Source: Eledone cirrhosa (taxonomy: Eukaryota). Taken from it: a stretch of DNA of 64,000 nucleotides. Each line of letters starts with the position of its first letter. The first letter of the stretch is position 1. A program made the translations under genes and the position numbers. The notes below the pieces were generated by a model, which saw only the letters and a list, made by a program, of their open reading frames with translations, had not been told where the DNA came from and ran no database searches. The DNA lies in NCBI GenBank assembly GCA_964016885.1, contig OZ024747.1:29698001-29762000 (forward strand), written 5' to 3'. Below are positions 49,590 to 61,900 of the stretch, one piece after another.

Positions 49590-52500
49590 TTTTATGGGGG
49601 GGGTCCGTTTTTTATTTGGGTACCCCGTTTTTTATTTGGGTGCCCCGTTTTTTTATGGGGGGGGTCCGTTTTTTATTTGGGTGTCCCGTTTTTTTATGGG
49701 GGGGGGTCCGTTTTTTATTTGGGTGCCCCGTTTTTTTATGGGGGGGGGTCCGTTTTTTATTTGGGTACCCCGTTTTTTATTTGGGTGCCCCGTTTTTTTA
49801 TGGGGGGATCCGTTTTTTATTTGGGTGCCCCGTTTTTTATTTGGGTGTCCCGTTTTTTTATGGGGGGATCCGTTTTTTATTTGGGTGCCCCGTTTTTTAT
49901 GGGGGGGGGGTCCGTTTTTTATTTGGGTACCCCGTTTTTTATTTGGGTGCCCCGTTTTTTTATGGGGGGGGGTCCGTTTTTTATTTGGGTGCCCCGTTTT
50001 TTTATGGGGGGGGTCCGTTTTTTATTTGGGTGCCCCGTTTTTTTATGGGGGGGGGGTCCCGTTTTTTATTTGGGTGCCCCGTTTTTTTATGGGGGGGGGG
50101 GTCCGTTTTTTATTTGGGTACCCCGTTTTTTATTTGGGTGCCCCGTTTTTTTATGGGGGGGGGGTCCGTTTTTTATTTGGGTGCCCCGTTTTTTTATGGG
50201 GGGGGTCCGTTTTTTATTTGGGTGCCCCGTTTTTTTATGGGGGGGTCCCGTTTTTTATTTGGGTGCCCCGTTTTTTTATGGGGGGGGTCCGTTTTTTATT
50301 TGGGTACCCCGTTTTTTATTTGGGTGCCCCGTTTTTTTATGGGGGGGGTCCGTTTTTTATTTGGGTGCCCCGTTTTTTATTTGGGTGCCCCGTTTTTTTA
50401 TGGGGGGGATCCGTTTTTTATTTGGGTGCCCCGTTTTATATTTGGGTGCCCCGTTTTTTATTTGGGTGCCCCGTTTTTTTATGGGGGGGTCCGTTTTTTA
50501 TCTGGGTACCCCGTTTTTTATTTGGGTACCCCGTTTTTTATTTGGGTGCCCCGTTTTTTTATGGGGGGGGGTCCGTTTTTTATTTGGGTGCCCCGTTTTT
50601 TTAATGGGGGGGGGTCCGTTTTTTATTTGGGTGCCCCGTTTTTTATTTGGGTACCCCGTTTTTTATTTGGGTGCCCCGTTTTTTATTTGGGTGCCCCGTT
50701 TTTTTATGGGGGAGTCCGTTTTTTATTTGGGTGCCCCGTTTTTTATTTGGGTACCCCGTTTTTCATTTGGGTGCCCCGTTTTTTTATGGGGGGGTCCGTT
50801 TTTTATTTGGGTGCCCCGTTTTTTTATGGGGGGGGGCCGTTTTTTATTTGGGTACCCCGTTTTTTATTTGGGTGCCCCGTTTTTTATTTGGGTACCCCGT
50901 TTTTTATTTGGGTGCCCCGTTTTTTTATGGGGGGGGGGTCCGTTTTTTATTTGGGTGCCCCGTTTTTTTATGGGGGGGGTCCGTTTTTTATTTGGGTGCC
51001 CCGTTTTTTTATGGGGGGTCCCGTTTTTTATTTGGGTGCCCCGTTTTTTTATGGGGGGGGGTCCGTTTTTTATTTGGGTACCCCGTTTTTTATTTGGGTG
51101 CCCCGTTTTTTTATGGGGGGGTCCGTTTTTTATTTGGGTGCCCCGTTTTTTTATGGGGGGGTCCGTTTTTTATCTGGGTACCCCGTTATTTATTTGGGTA
51201 CCCCGTTTTTTATTTGGGTGCCCCGTTTTTTTATGGGGGGGGGTCCGTTTTTTATTTGGGTGCCCCGACTTTTATTTGGGTGTCCCGTTTTTTTATGGGG
51301 GGGTCCCGTTTTTTATTTGGGTGCCCCGTTTTATATTTGGGTGCCCCGTTTTTTATTTGGGTGCCCCGTTTTTTTATGGGGGGGTCCGTTTTTTATCTGG
51401 GTACCCCGTTTTTTATTTGGGTACCCCGTTTTTTTATGGGGGGGGTCCGTTTTTTATTTGGGTGCCCCGTTTTTTTATGGGGGGGTCCCGTTTTTTATTT
51501 GGGTGCCCCGTTTTTTTATGGGGGGGGGTCCGTTTTTTATTTGGGTACCCCGTTTTTTATTTGGGTGCCCCGTTTTTTTATGGGGGGGGTCCGTTTTTTA
51601 TTTGGGTGCCCCGTTTTTTATTTGGGTGCCCCGTTTTTTTATGGGGGGGATCCGTTTTTTATTTGGGTGCCCCGTTTTATATTTGGGTGCCCCGTTTTTT
51701 ATTTGGGTGCCCCGTTTTTTTATGGGGGGGTCCGTTTTTTATCTGGGTACCCCGTTTTTTATTTGGGTACCCCGTTTTTTATTTGGGTGCCCCGTTTTTT
51801 TATGGGGGGGGGGGGTCCGTTTTTTATTTGGGTGCCCCGTTTTTTTAATGGGGGGGGTCCGTTTTTTATTTGGGTGCCCCGTTTTTTATTTGGGTACCCC
51901 GTTTTTTATTTGGGTGCCCCGTTTTTTTCTGGGGGGGTCCCGTTTTTTATTTGGGTGCCCCGTTTTTATATGGGGGGGGGGGTCCGTTTTTTATTTGGGT
52001 ACCCCGTTTTTTATTTGGGTGTCCCGTTTTTTTATGGGGGGATCCGTTTTTTATTTGGGTGCCCCGTTTTTTATGGGGGGGGGGTCCGTTTTTTATTTGG
52101 GTACCCCGTTTTTTATTTGGGTGCCCCGTTTTTTTATGGGGGGGGTCCGTTTTTTATTTGGGTGCCCCGTTTTTTTATGGGGGGGGGGTCCGTTTTTTAT
52201 TTGGGTGCCCCGTTTTTTTATGGGGGGGGGTCCCGTTTTTTATTTGGGTGGCCCGTTTTTTTATGGGGGGGGTCCGTTTTTTATTTGGGTACCCCGTTTT
52301 TTATTTGGGTGCCCCGTTTTTTTATGGGGGGGGGTCCGTTTTTTATTTGGGTGCCCCGTTTTTTTATGGGGGGGGGTCCGTTTTTTATTTGGGTGCCCCG
52401 TTTTTTTATGGGGGGGTCCCGTTTTTTATTTGGGTGCCCCGTTTTTTTATGGGGGGGGTCCGTTTTTTATTTGGGTACCCCGTTTTTTATTTGGGTGCCC

Positions 52501-55500
52501 CGTTTTTTTATGGGGGGGGTCCGTTTTTTATTTGGGTGCCCCGTTTTTTATTTGGGTGCCCCGTTTTTTTATGGGGGGGATCCGTTTTTTATTTGGGTGC
52601 CCCGTTTTATATTTGGGTGCCCCGTTTTTTATTTGGGTGCCCCGTTTTTTTATGGGGGGGTCCGTTTTTTATCTGGGTACCCCGTTTTTTATTTGGGTAC
52701 CCCGTTTTTTATTTGGGTGCCCCGTTTTTTTATGGGGGGGGGGGGGGTCCGTTTTTTATTTGGGTGCCCCGTTTTTTTTATGGGGGGGGTCCGTTTTTTA
52801 TTTGGGTGCCCCGTTTTTTATTTGGGTACCCCGTTTTTTATTTGGGTTTCCCGTTTTTTATTTGGGTGCCCCGTTTTTTTATGGGGGAGTCCGTTTTTTA
52901 TTTGGGTGCCCCGTTTTTCATTTGGGTACCCCGTTTTTTATTTGGGTGCCCCGTTTTTTTATGGGGGGGTTCGTTTTTTATTTGGGTGCCCCGTTTTTTT
53001 ATGGGGGGGGCCGTTTTTTATTTGGGTACCCCGTTTTTTATTTGGGTGCCCCGTTTTTTTATGGGGGGGTCCCGTTTTTTATTTGGGTGCCCCGTTTTAT
53101 TATTTGGGTGCCCCGTTTTTTTATGGGGGGGGCCGTTTTTTATTTGGGTGCCCCGTTTTTTTATGGGGGGGGTCCGTTTTTTATTTGGGTACCCCGTTTT
53201 TTATTTGGGTGCCCCGTTTTTTTATGGGGGGATACGTTTTTTATTTGGGTGCCCCGTTTTTTATTTGGGTGTGGCGTTTTTTTATGGGGGGGTCCGTTTT
53301 TTATTTGGGTGCCCCGTTTTTTTATGGGGGGGGTCCGTTTTTTATTTGGGTACCCCTTTTGTTATTTGGGTGCCCCGTTTTTTTATGGGGGGGGGGTCCG
53401 TTTTTTATTTGGGTGCCCCGTTTTTTTATGGGGGGGGGTCCGTTTTTTATTTGGGTGCCCCGTTTTTTTATGGGGGGGTCCCGTTTTTTATTTGGGTGCC
53501 CCGTTTTTTTATGGGGGGGGTCCGTTTTTTATTTGGGTACCCCGTTTTTTATTTGGGTGCCCCGTTTTTTATGGGGGGATCCGTTTTTTATTTGGGTGTC
53601 CCGTTTTATATTTGGGTGTCCCGTTTTTTTATGGGGGGGTCCGTTTTTTATTTGGGTGCCCCGTTTTTTTATGGGGGGGTCCCGTTTTTTATTTGGGTGC
53701 CCCGTTTTTTTATGGGGGGGGGTCCCGTTTCTTATTTGGGTGCCCCGTTTTTTTATGGGGGGGGGTCCGTTTTTTATTTGGGTACCCCGTTTTTTATTTG
53801 GGTGCCCCGTTTTTTTATGGGGGGGTCCGTTTTTTATTTGGGTGCCCCGTTTTTTTATGGGGGGGGGTCCGTTTTTTATTTGGGTGCCCCGTTTTTTTAT
53901 GGGGGGGGGTCCGTTTTTTATTTGGGTACCCCGTTTTTTATTTGGGTGCCCCGTTTTTTTATGGGGGGGGTCCGTTTTTTATTTGGGTGCCCCGTTTTTT
54001 TATGGGGGGGGGTCCGTTTTTTATTTGGGTGCCCCGTTTTTTTATGGGGGGTCCCGTTTTTTATTTGGGTGCCCCGTTTTTTTATGGGGGGGGGGGGGTC
54101 CCGTTTTTTATTTGGGTACCCCGTTTTTTTATGGGGGGGTCCGTTTTTTATTTGGGTACCCCGTTTTTTATTTGGGTGCCCCGTTATTTTATGGGGGGGT
54201 CCGTTTTTTATTTGGGTGCCCCGTTTTTTTATGGGGGGGGGGGTCCGTTTTTTATTTGGGTGTCCCGTTTTTTTACGGGGGGTCCCGTTTTTTATTTGGG
54301 TGCCCCGTTTTTTATTTGGGTGCCCCGTTTTTTTATGGGGGGGGGTCCGTTTTTTATTTGGGTGCCCCGTTTTTTTATGGGGGGACCGTTTTTTATCTGG
54401 GTACCCCGTTGTTTATTTGGGTACCCCGTTTTTTTTATGGGGGGGTCCGTTTTTTTTATGGGGGGGTCCGTTTTTTATTTGGGTACCCCGTTTTTTATTT
54501 GGGTGCCGCGTTTTTTTATGGGGGGGGTCCGTTTTTTATTTGGGTGCCCCGTTTTTTTATGGGGGTACCCCGTTTTTTATTTGGGTGCCCCGTTTTTTTA
54601 TGGGGGGGGTCCGTTTTTTATTTGGGTGCCCCGTTTTTTTATGGGGGGGGCCGTTTTTTATTTGGGTGCCCCGTTTTTTTATGGGGGTACCCCGTTTTTT
54701 ATTTGGGTGCCCCGTTTTTTTATGGGGGGGGGGGGCCGTTTTTTATTTGGGTGCCCCGTTTTTTTATGGGGGGGGGCCGTTTTTTATTTGGGTACCCCGT
54801 TTTTTATTTGGGTGCCCCGTTTTTTATTTGGGTACCCCGTTTTTTATTTGGGTACCCCGTTTTTTATTTGGGTGCCCTCTTTTTTTATGGGGGGGGTCCG
54901 TTTTTTATTTGGGTGCCCCGTTTTTTTATGGGGGGGTCCCGTTTTTTATTTGGGTGCCCCGTTTTTTTATGGGGGGGGGTCCGTTTTTTATTTGGGTACC
55001 CCGTTTTATATTTGGGTGCCCCGTTTTTTTATGGGGGGGGTCCGTTTTTTATTTGGGTGCCCCGTTTTTTTATGGGGGTGTCCGTTTTTTATCTGGGTAC
55101 CCCGTTTTTTATTTGGGTACCCCGTTTTTTATTTGGGTGCCCCGTTTTTTTATGGGGGGGTCCGTTTTTTATCTGGGTACCCCGTTTTTTATTTGGGTAC
55201 CCCGTTTTTTATTTGGGTGCCCCGTTTTTTTATGGGGGGGGGGGTCCGTTTTTTATTTGGGTGCCCCTTTTTTTTTTATGGGGGGGGTCCGTTTTTTATT
55301 TGGGTGCCCCGTTTTTTATTTGGGTACCCCGTTTTTTATTTGGATTTCCCGTTTTTTATTTGGGTGCCCCGTTTTTTTATGGGGGAGTCCGTTTTTTATT
55401 TGGGTGCCCCGTTTTTTATTTGGGTACCCCGTTTTTTATTTGGGTGCCCCGTTTTTTTATGGGGGGGTTCGTTTTTTATTTGGGTGCCCCGTTTTTTTAT

Positions 55501-58500
55501 GGGGGGGGGCCGTTTTTTATTTGGGTACCCCGTTTTTTATTTGGGTGCCCCGTTTTTTTATGGGGGGGTCCCGTTTTTTATTTGGGTGCCCCGTTTTATT
55601 ATTTGGGTGCCCCGTTTTTTTATGGGGGGGGGCCGTTTTTTATTTGGGTGCCCCGTTTTTTTATGGGGGGGGTCCGTTTTTTATTTGGGTACCCCGTTTT
55701 TTATTTGGGTGCCCCGTTTTTTTATGGGGGGATCCGTTTTTTATTTGGGTGCCCCGTTTTTTATTTGGGTGTCCCGTTTTTTTATGGGGGGGTCCGTTTT
55801 TTATTTGGGTGCCCCGTTTTTTTATGGGGGGGGGTCCGTTTTTTATTTGGGTACCCCTTTTGTTATTTGGGTGCCCCGTTTTTTTATGGGGGGGGGGTCC
55901 GTTTTTTATTTGGGTGCCCCGTTTTTTTATGGGGGGGGGTCCGTTTTTTATTTGGGTGCCCCGTTTTTTTATGGGGGGGTCCCGTTTTTTATTTGGGTGC
56001 CCCGTTTTTTTATGGGGGGGGGCCGTTTTTTATTTGGGTACCCCGTTTTTTATTTGGGTGCCCCGTTTTTTATGGGGGGATCCGTTTTTTATTTGGGTGT
56101 CCCGTTTTTTATTTGGGTGTCCCGTTTTTTTATGGGGGGGTCCGTTTTTTATTTGGGTGCCCCGTTTTTTTATGGGGGGGTCCCGTTTTTTATTTGGGTG
56201 CCCCGTTTTTTATGGGGGGGTCCCGTTTCTTATTTGGGTGCCCCGTTTTTTTATGGGGGGGGTCCGTTTTTTATTTGGGTACCCCGTTTTTTATTTGGGT
56301 GCCCCGTTTTTTTATGGGGGGGTCCGTTTTTTATTTGGGTGCCCCGTTTTTTTATGGGGGGGGTCCGTTTTTTATTTGGGTGCCCCGTTTTTTTATGGGG
56401 GGGGGTCCGTTTTTTATTTGGGTACCCCGTTTTTTATTTGGGTGCCCCGTTTTTTTATGGGGGGGGGTCCGTTTTTTATTTGGGTGCCCCGTTTTTTTAT
56501 GGGGGGGGTCCGTTTTTTATTTGGGTGCCCCGTTTTTTTTATGGGGGGTCCCGTTTTTTATTTGGGTGCCCCGTTTTTTTATGGGGGGGGGTCCCGTTTT
56601 TTATTTGGGTACCCCGTTTTTTTATGGGGGGTCCGTTTTTTATTTGGGTACCCCGTTTTTTATTTGGGTGCCCCGTTTTTTTATGGGGGGGTCCGTTTTT
56701 TATTTGGGTGCCCCGTTTTTTATGGGGGGGGGGGGGGGAATCCGTTTTTTATTTGGGTGTCCCGTTTTTTTACGGGGGGGTCCCGTTTTTTATTTGGGTG
56801 CCCCGTTTTTTATTTGGGTGCCCCGTTTTTTTATGGGGGGGGGTCCGTTTTTTATTTGGGTGCCCCGTTTTTTTATGGGGGGACCGTTTTTTATCTGGGT
56901 ACCCCGTTGTTTATTTGGGTACCCCGTTTTTTATTTGGGTGCCGCGTTTTTTTATGGGGGGGGTCCGTTTTTTATTTGGGTGCCCCGTTTTTTTATGGGG
57001 GTACCCCGTTTTTTATTTGGGTGCCCCGTTTTTTTATGGGGGGGGGGTCCGTTTTTTATTTGGGTGCCCCGTTTTTTTATGGGGGGGGCCGTTTTTTATT
57101 TGGGTGCCCCGTTTTTTTATGGGGGTACCCCGTTTTTTATTTGGGTGCCCCGTTTTTTTATGGGGGGGGTCCGTTTTTTATTTGGGTACCCCGTTTTTTA
57201 TTTGGGTGTCCCGTTTTTTTATGGGGGGGTCCGTTTTTTATTTGGGTACCCCGTTTTTTATTTGGGTGCCCCGTTTTTTTATGGGGGGGTCCGTTTTTTA
57301 TTTGGGTGCCCCGTTTTTTTATTGGGGGGGTCCGTTTTTTATTTGGGTGCCCCGTTTTTTTATGGGGGGGGTCCCGTTTTTTATTTGGGTGCCCCGTTTT
57401 TTTATGGGGGGGGTCCGTTTTTTATTTGGGTACCCCGTTTTTTATTTGGGTGCCCCGTTTTTTTATGGGGGGGTCCGTTTTTTATTTGGGTACCCCGTTT
57501 TTTATTTGGGTGCCCCGTTTTTTTATGGGGGGGTCCGTTTTTTATTTGGGTGCCCCGTTTTTTTATGGGGGGGTCCGTTTTTTATTTGGGTGCCCCGTTT
57601 TTTTATGGGGGGGGTCCCGTTTTTTATTTGGGTGCCCCGTTTTTTTATGGGGGGGGGGTCCGTTTTTTATTTGGGTACCCCGTTTTTTATTTGGGTGCCC
57701 CGTTTTTTTATGGGGGGGGGTCCGTTTTTTATTTGGGTGCCCCGTTTTTTTATGGGGGGGTCCGTTTTTTATTTGGGTGCCCCGTTTTTTTATGGGGGGG
57801 TCCCGTTTTTTATTTGGGTGCCCCGTTTTTTTATGGGGGGGGTCCGTTTTTTATTTGGGTACCCCGTTTTTTATTTGGGTGCCCCGTTTTTTTATGGGGG
57901 GGGTCCGTTTTTTATTTGGGTGCCCCGTTTTTTATTTGGGTGCCCCGTTTTTTTATGGGGGGGATCCGTTTTTTATTTGGGTGCCCCGTTTTATATTTGG
58001 GTGCCCCGTTTTTTATTTGGGTGCCCCGTTTTTTATTTGGGTGCCCCGTTTTTTTATGGGGGGGTCCGTTTTTTATCTGGGTACCCCGTTTTTTATTTGG
58101 GTACCCCGTTTTTTATTTGGGTGCCCCGTTTTTTTATGGGGGGGTCCGTTTTTTATTTGGGTGCCCCGTTTTTTTTATGGGGGGGGTCCGTTTTTTATTT
58201 GGGTGCCCCGTTTTTTATTTGGGTACCCCGTTTTTTATTTGGGTGCCCCGTTTTTTATTTGGGTGCCCCGTTTTTTTATGGGGGGGTCCGTTTTTTATTT
58301 GGGTGACCCGTTTTTTATTTGGGTACCCCGTTTTTTATTTGGGTGCCCCGTTTTTTTATGGGGGGGTCCGTTGTTTATTTGGGTGCCCCGTTTTTTTATG
58401 GGGGGGGCCGTTTTTTATTTGGGTACCCCGTTTTTTATTTGGGTGCCCCGTTTTTTTATGGGGGGGGTCCGTTTTTTATTTGGGTGCCCCGTTTTTTTAT

Positions 58501-58857
58501 GGGGGGGGGTCCGTTTTTTATTTGGGTGCCCCGTTTTTTTATGGGGGGGTCCCGTTTTTTATTTGGGTGCCCCGTTTTTTTATGGGGAGGGTCCGTTTTT
58601 TATTTGGGTGCCCCGTTTTTTTATTGGGGGGTCCCGTTTTTTATTTGGGTGCCCCGTTTTTTTATGGGGGGGGTCCGTTTTTTATTTGGGTACCCCGTTT
58701 TTTATTTGGGTGCCCCGTTTTTTTATGGGGGGGGTCCGTTTTTTATTTGGGTGCCCCGTTTTTTTATGGGGGGGTCCCGTTTTTTATTTGGGTGCCCCGT
58801 TTTTTTATGGGGAGGGTCCGTTTTTTATTTGGGTGCCCCGTTTTTTTACAAATTATT
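49590..58857. repeat. Satellite family B block 3 (~9.3 kb)
   Basis: Same units and junctions. Shares ordered rare variants with blocks 1 and 2 (CCCCGACTTTT, TTTTTTAATGG, GGGTGACCCG, GGGGAGGGTCC). Confidence 0.97.
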
Positions 58858-58902
58858 GAGATAACATTTAAAAAAATCAGGCGGAGATAATTTGTAAAAA
58901 AA
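58841..58902. repeat. Same inverted repeat at B-to-A junction 3
   Basis: Identical junction sequence, offset 35511 from junction 2. Confidence 0.9.
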
Positions 58903-61900
58903 TCAGGGGGAGATAATTTGTAAAAAAATCAGGGGGAGATAATTTGTAAAAAAAATCAGGGGTAGATAATTTCCAGCCGTCCAAGGGGAGATAATTTCCA
59001 TCCTTCCAAGGGGAGATAATTTCCAGCCGTCCGAGGGGAGATAATTTCCCGCCAGCCAAGGAGAGATAATATTTAAAAAAATCAGGCGGAGATAATTTGT
59101 AAAAAAAATCAGGGGGAGATAATTTGTAAAAAAATCAGGGGGAGATAATTTGTAAAAAAAAATCAGGGGAGATAATTTGTAAAAAAAATCAGGGGGAGAT
59201 GATTTGTAAAAAAAATCAGGGGTAGATAATTTGTAAAAAAAAATCAGGGGGAGATAATTTGTAAAAAAAAAATCAGGGGGAGATAATTTGTAAAAAAATC
59301 AAGGGGAGATAATTTCCAGCCGTCCAAGGGGAGATAATTTTCAGCCGTCCAAGGAGGTAATTTCTAGCCGTCCAAGGGGAGATAATTTCCAGCCGTCCAA
59401 GGGGATATAATTTTTTTTTAAAAATCAGGCGGAGATAATTTGTAAACAAAAATCAGGGGTAGATAATTTGTAAAAAAAAATCAGGGGGAGATAATTTGTA
59501 AAAAAAAATCAGGGGGAGATAATTTGTAAAAAAAATCAAGGGGAGATAATTTCCAGCCGTCCAAGGGGAGGTAATATCTAGCCATCCAAGGGGAGATAAT
59601 TTCCAGCCGTCCAAGGGGAGATAATTTCCAGCCGTCCAAGGGGAGATAATATCCAGCCGTCCAAGGAGACATATTTTCCAGCCGTCCAAGGAGAGGTAAT
59701 TTCTAGCCGTTCAAGGGGAGATAAGTTCCAGCCTCCAAGGGGAGAAAATTTCCAGCCAGCCAAGGGGAGATAATTTGTAAAAAAAAAATCAGGGGGAGAT
59801 AATTTGTAAAAAAATCAGGGGGAGATAATTTGTAAAAAAAAAATCAGGGGGAGATAATTTGTAAAAAAAATCAGGGGGAGATAATTTGTAGAAAAAATCA
59901 GGGGTAGATAATTTGTAAAAAAAATCAGGGGGAGATAATTTGTAAAAAAAATCAGTGGGAGATAATTTGTAAAAAAAATCAGGGGTAGATAATTTTCAGC
60001 CGTCCAAGGGGAGATAATTTCCAGCCGTCCAAGGGGAGATAATTTCCCGCCAGCCAAGGAGAGATAACATTTTAAAAAATCAGGCGGAGATAATTTGTAA
60101 AAAAAATCAGGCGGAGATAATTTGTAAAAAAATCAGGGGGAGATAATTTGTAAAAAAAATCAGGGGTAGATAATTTCCAGCCGTCCAAGGGGAGATAATT
60201 TCCATCCTTCCAAGGGGAGATAATTTCCAGCCGTCCAAGGGGAGATAATTTCCCGCCAGCCAAGGAGAGATAATATTTAAAAAAATCAGGCGGAGATAAT
60301 TTGTAAAAAAAATCAGGGGGAGATAATTTGTAAAAAAATCAGGGGGAGATAATTTGTAAAAAAAAATCAGGGGGAGATAATTTGTAAAAAAAATCAGGGG
60401 GAGATAATTTGTAAAAAAAAATCAGGGGTAGATAATTTGTAAAAAAAAATCAGGGGGAGATAATTTGTAAAAAAAAAATCAGGGGGAGATAATTTGTAAA
60501 AAAATCAAGGGGAGATAATTTCCAGCCGTCCAAGGGGAGATAATTTTCAGCCGTCCAAGGAGAGGTAATTTCTAGCCGTCCAAGGGGAGATAATTTCCAG
60601 CCGTACAAGGGGAGATTATTTTTTTTTAAAAATCAGGCGGAGATAATTTGTAAACAAAAATCAGGGGGAGATAATTTGTAAAAAAAAATCAGGGGGAGAT
60701 AATTTGTAAAAAAAAAATCAGGGGGTGATAATTTGTAAAAAAATCAAGGGGAGATAATTTCTAGCCGTCCAAGGGGAGATAATTTTCAGCCGTCCAAGGA
60801 GAGGTAATTTCTAGCCGTCCAAGGGGAGATAATTTCCAGCCAGCCAAGGGGAGATAATTTGTAAAAAAATCAGGGGTAGATAATTTGTAAAAAAAAATCA
60901 GGGGGAGATAATTTGTAAAAAAAATCAGGGGGAGATAATTTGTAAAAAAAATCAGGGGTAGATAATTTCCAGCCGTCCAAGGGGAGATAATTTCCATCCT
61001 TCCAAGGGGAGATAATTTCCAGCCGTCCAAGGGGAGATAATTTCCCGCCAGCCAAGGAGAGATAACATTTAAAAAAATCAGGCGGAGATAATTTGTAAAA
61101 AAAATCAGGGGGAGATAATTTGTAAAAAAATCAGGGGGAGATAATTTGTAAAAAAAAAATCAGGGGGAGATAATTTGTAAAAAAAATCAGGGGGAGATAA
61201 TTTGTAAAAAAAATCAGGGGTAGATAATTTGTAAAAAAAATCAGGGGGAGATAATTTGTAAAAAAAATCAGGGGGAGATAATTTGTAAAAAAAATCAGGG
61301 GTAGATAATTTCCAGCCGTCCAAGGGGAGATAATTTCCATCCTTCCAAGGGGAGATAATTTCCAGCCGTCCAAGGGGAGATAATTTCCCGCCAGCCAAGG
61401 AGAGATAACATTTAAAAAAATCAGGCGGAGATAATTTGTAAAAAAAATCAGGGGGAGATAATTTGTAAAAAAATCAGGGGGAGATAATTTGTAAAAAAAA
61501 TCAGGGGTAGATAATTTCCAGCCGTCCAAGGGGAGATAATTTCCATCCTTCCAAGGGGAGATAATTTCCAGCCGTCCAAGGGGAGATAATTTCCCGCCAG
61601 CCAAGGAGAGATAATATTTAAAAAAATCAGGCGGAGATAATTTGTAAAAAAAATCAGGGGGAGATAATTTGTAAAAAAATCAGGGAGAGATAATTTGTAA
61701 AAAAAAATCAGGGGAGATAATTTGTAAAAAAAATCAGGGGGAGATAATTTGTAAAAAAAATCAGGGGTAGATAATTTGTAAAAAAAAATCAGGGGGAGAT
61801 AATTTGTAAAAAAAAAATCAGGGGGAGATAATTTGTAAAAAAATCAAGGGGAGATAATTTCCAGCCGTCCAAGGGGAGATAATTTTCAGCCGTCCAAGGA

